Shown here one piece after another: positions 63,622-64,000 of a stretch of 64,000 bases of DNA. The stretch covers positions 62,001-126,000 of the forward strand of contig JBFLGF010000006.1 in the NCBI GenBank assembly GCA_050230475.1. The letters are read 5' to 3'. The stretch is from Ancylonema sp. (taxonomy: Eukaryota). Below the pieces are notes generated by a model. That model was not told the DNA's origin and made no database searches. It saw nothing but the letters and a program-made list of their open reading frames with translations. Numbering within the stretch: position 1 is the stretch's first letter; each line of letters opens with the position of its first letter. A program made the translations under genes and the position numbers.

Positions 63622-64000
63622 TGGCGTTGATACGTGATTGGTGTGCGAGATTGCGTGATTCTTTCCGTACAACGGACTACGTCTCTCAGAACTGATCAAT
63701 GACAAGTATTGTGTTGGAAGAATAATACTGAATGGTCGGCATCGGGTAGATATACCACGATGCCTTGTACGAATCGAGAATCAACAAAGTGTGCCGACGG
63801 TCGGATCTACGGACCGTCGGCCTATCACAACACAGCAACAGTCAGATCATGTCAACGGCACATGCCGGACAGTCTGACAAGACATAACGACTAGATGCGG
63901 GAACCGTCTAGAAACACACGTGCCCTAAACGGCATAATTGAAACGTCATGTTCGGGTGCCCGAACACAAGTCCGGCCCCTCAATACAAGCACACCCTAGG
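63622..64000 (-). repeat. 5' LTR of the copia element (partial)
   Basis: Matches the 3' LTR and ends in CA three bases before the PBS. Confidence 0.9.

Larger units (their letters stand above)
57749..64000 (-). mobile_element. Decayed Ty1/copia LTR retrotransposon (runs off the window)
   Basis: Order on the minus strand: 5' LTR (63622 to beyond 64000), PBS GGTTATGGACCC (63607-63618), gag with knuckle CYGCNQYSHLKSDC (~62580-62620), protease LWLDSGSTDHV (~62200), LWHGKLGHP, integrase ERLNRTLMEK, RT YKVRLVAQGF..IHVDD, RNase H GYCDASW..AEAEYIA, PPT AGGGGG (58181-58186), 3' LTR. Many frameshifts and stops. Confidence 0.95.

Overview
Eukaryotic nuclear DNA with spliceosomal introns and plant or green-algal-type genes; the exact lineage cannot be fixed from this window. 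Apparently intact genes: a peroxisomal acyl-activating enzyme (ends -SRL) head-to-head with a methionine sulfoxide reductase A (one GC-AG intron), two divergently oriented BTB/POZ paralogs, and a PQ-loop transporter with a very long internal loop exon. The most distinctive content is a local array of a ~1,240-aa, 4-exon DUF4470-like + C-terminal MYND zinc-finger gene. It has three recognisable copies (9.9-12.2, 18.3-22.9 and 40.3-45.1 kb), each disabled by different lesions, plus an orphan MYND fragment at 57.0 kb that the ORF track misses. The rest is rich in transposons: a decayed Ty1/copia element (57.7-64 kb), a solo LTR with a 5-bp TSD, hAT MITEs with 8-bp TSDs, a MULE MITE with a 9-bp TSD nested two levels deep, a TA-flanked Tc1/pogo-like MITE and possible Helitron ends. 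No rRNA, tRNA or CRISPR was seen. Family assignments come from motif recognition by eye; no searches were run.
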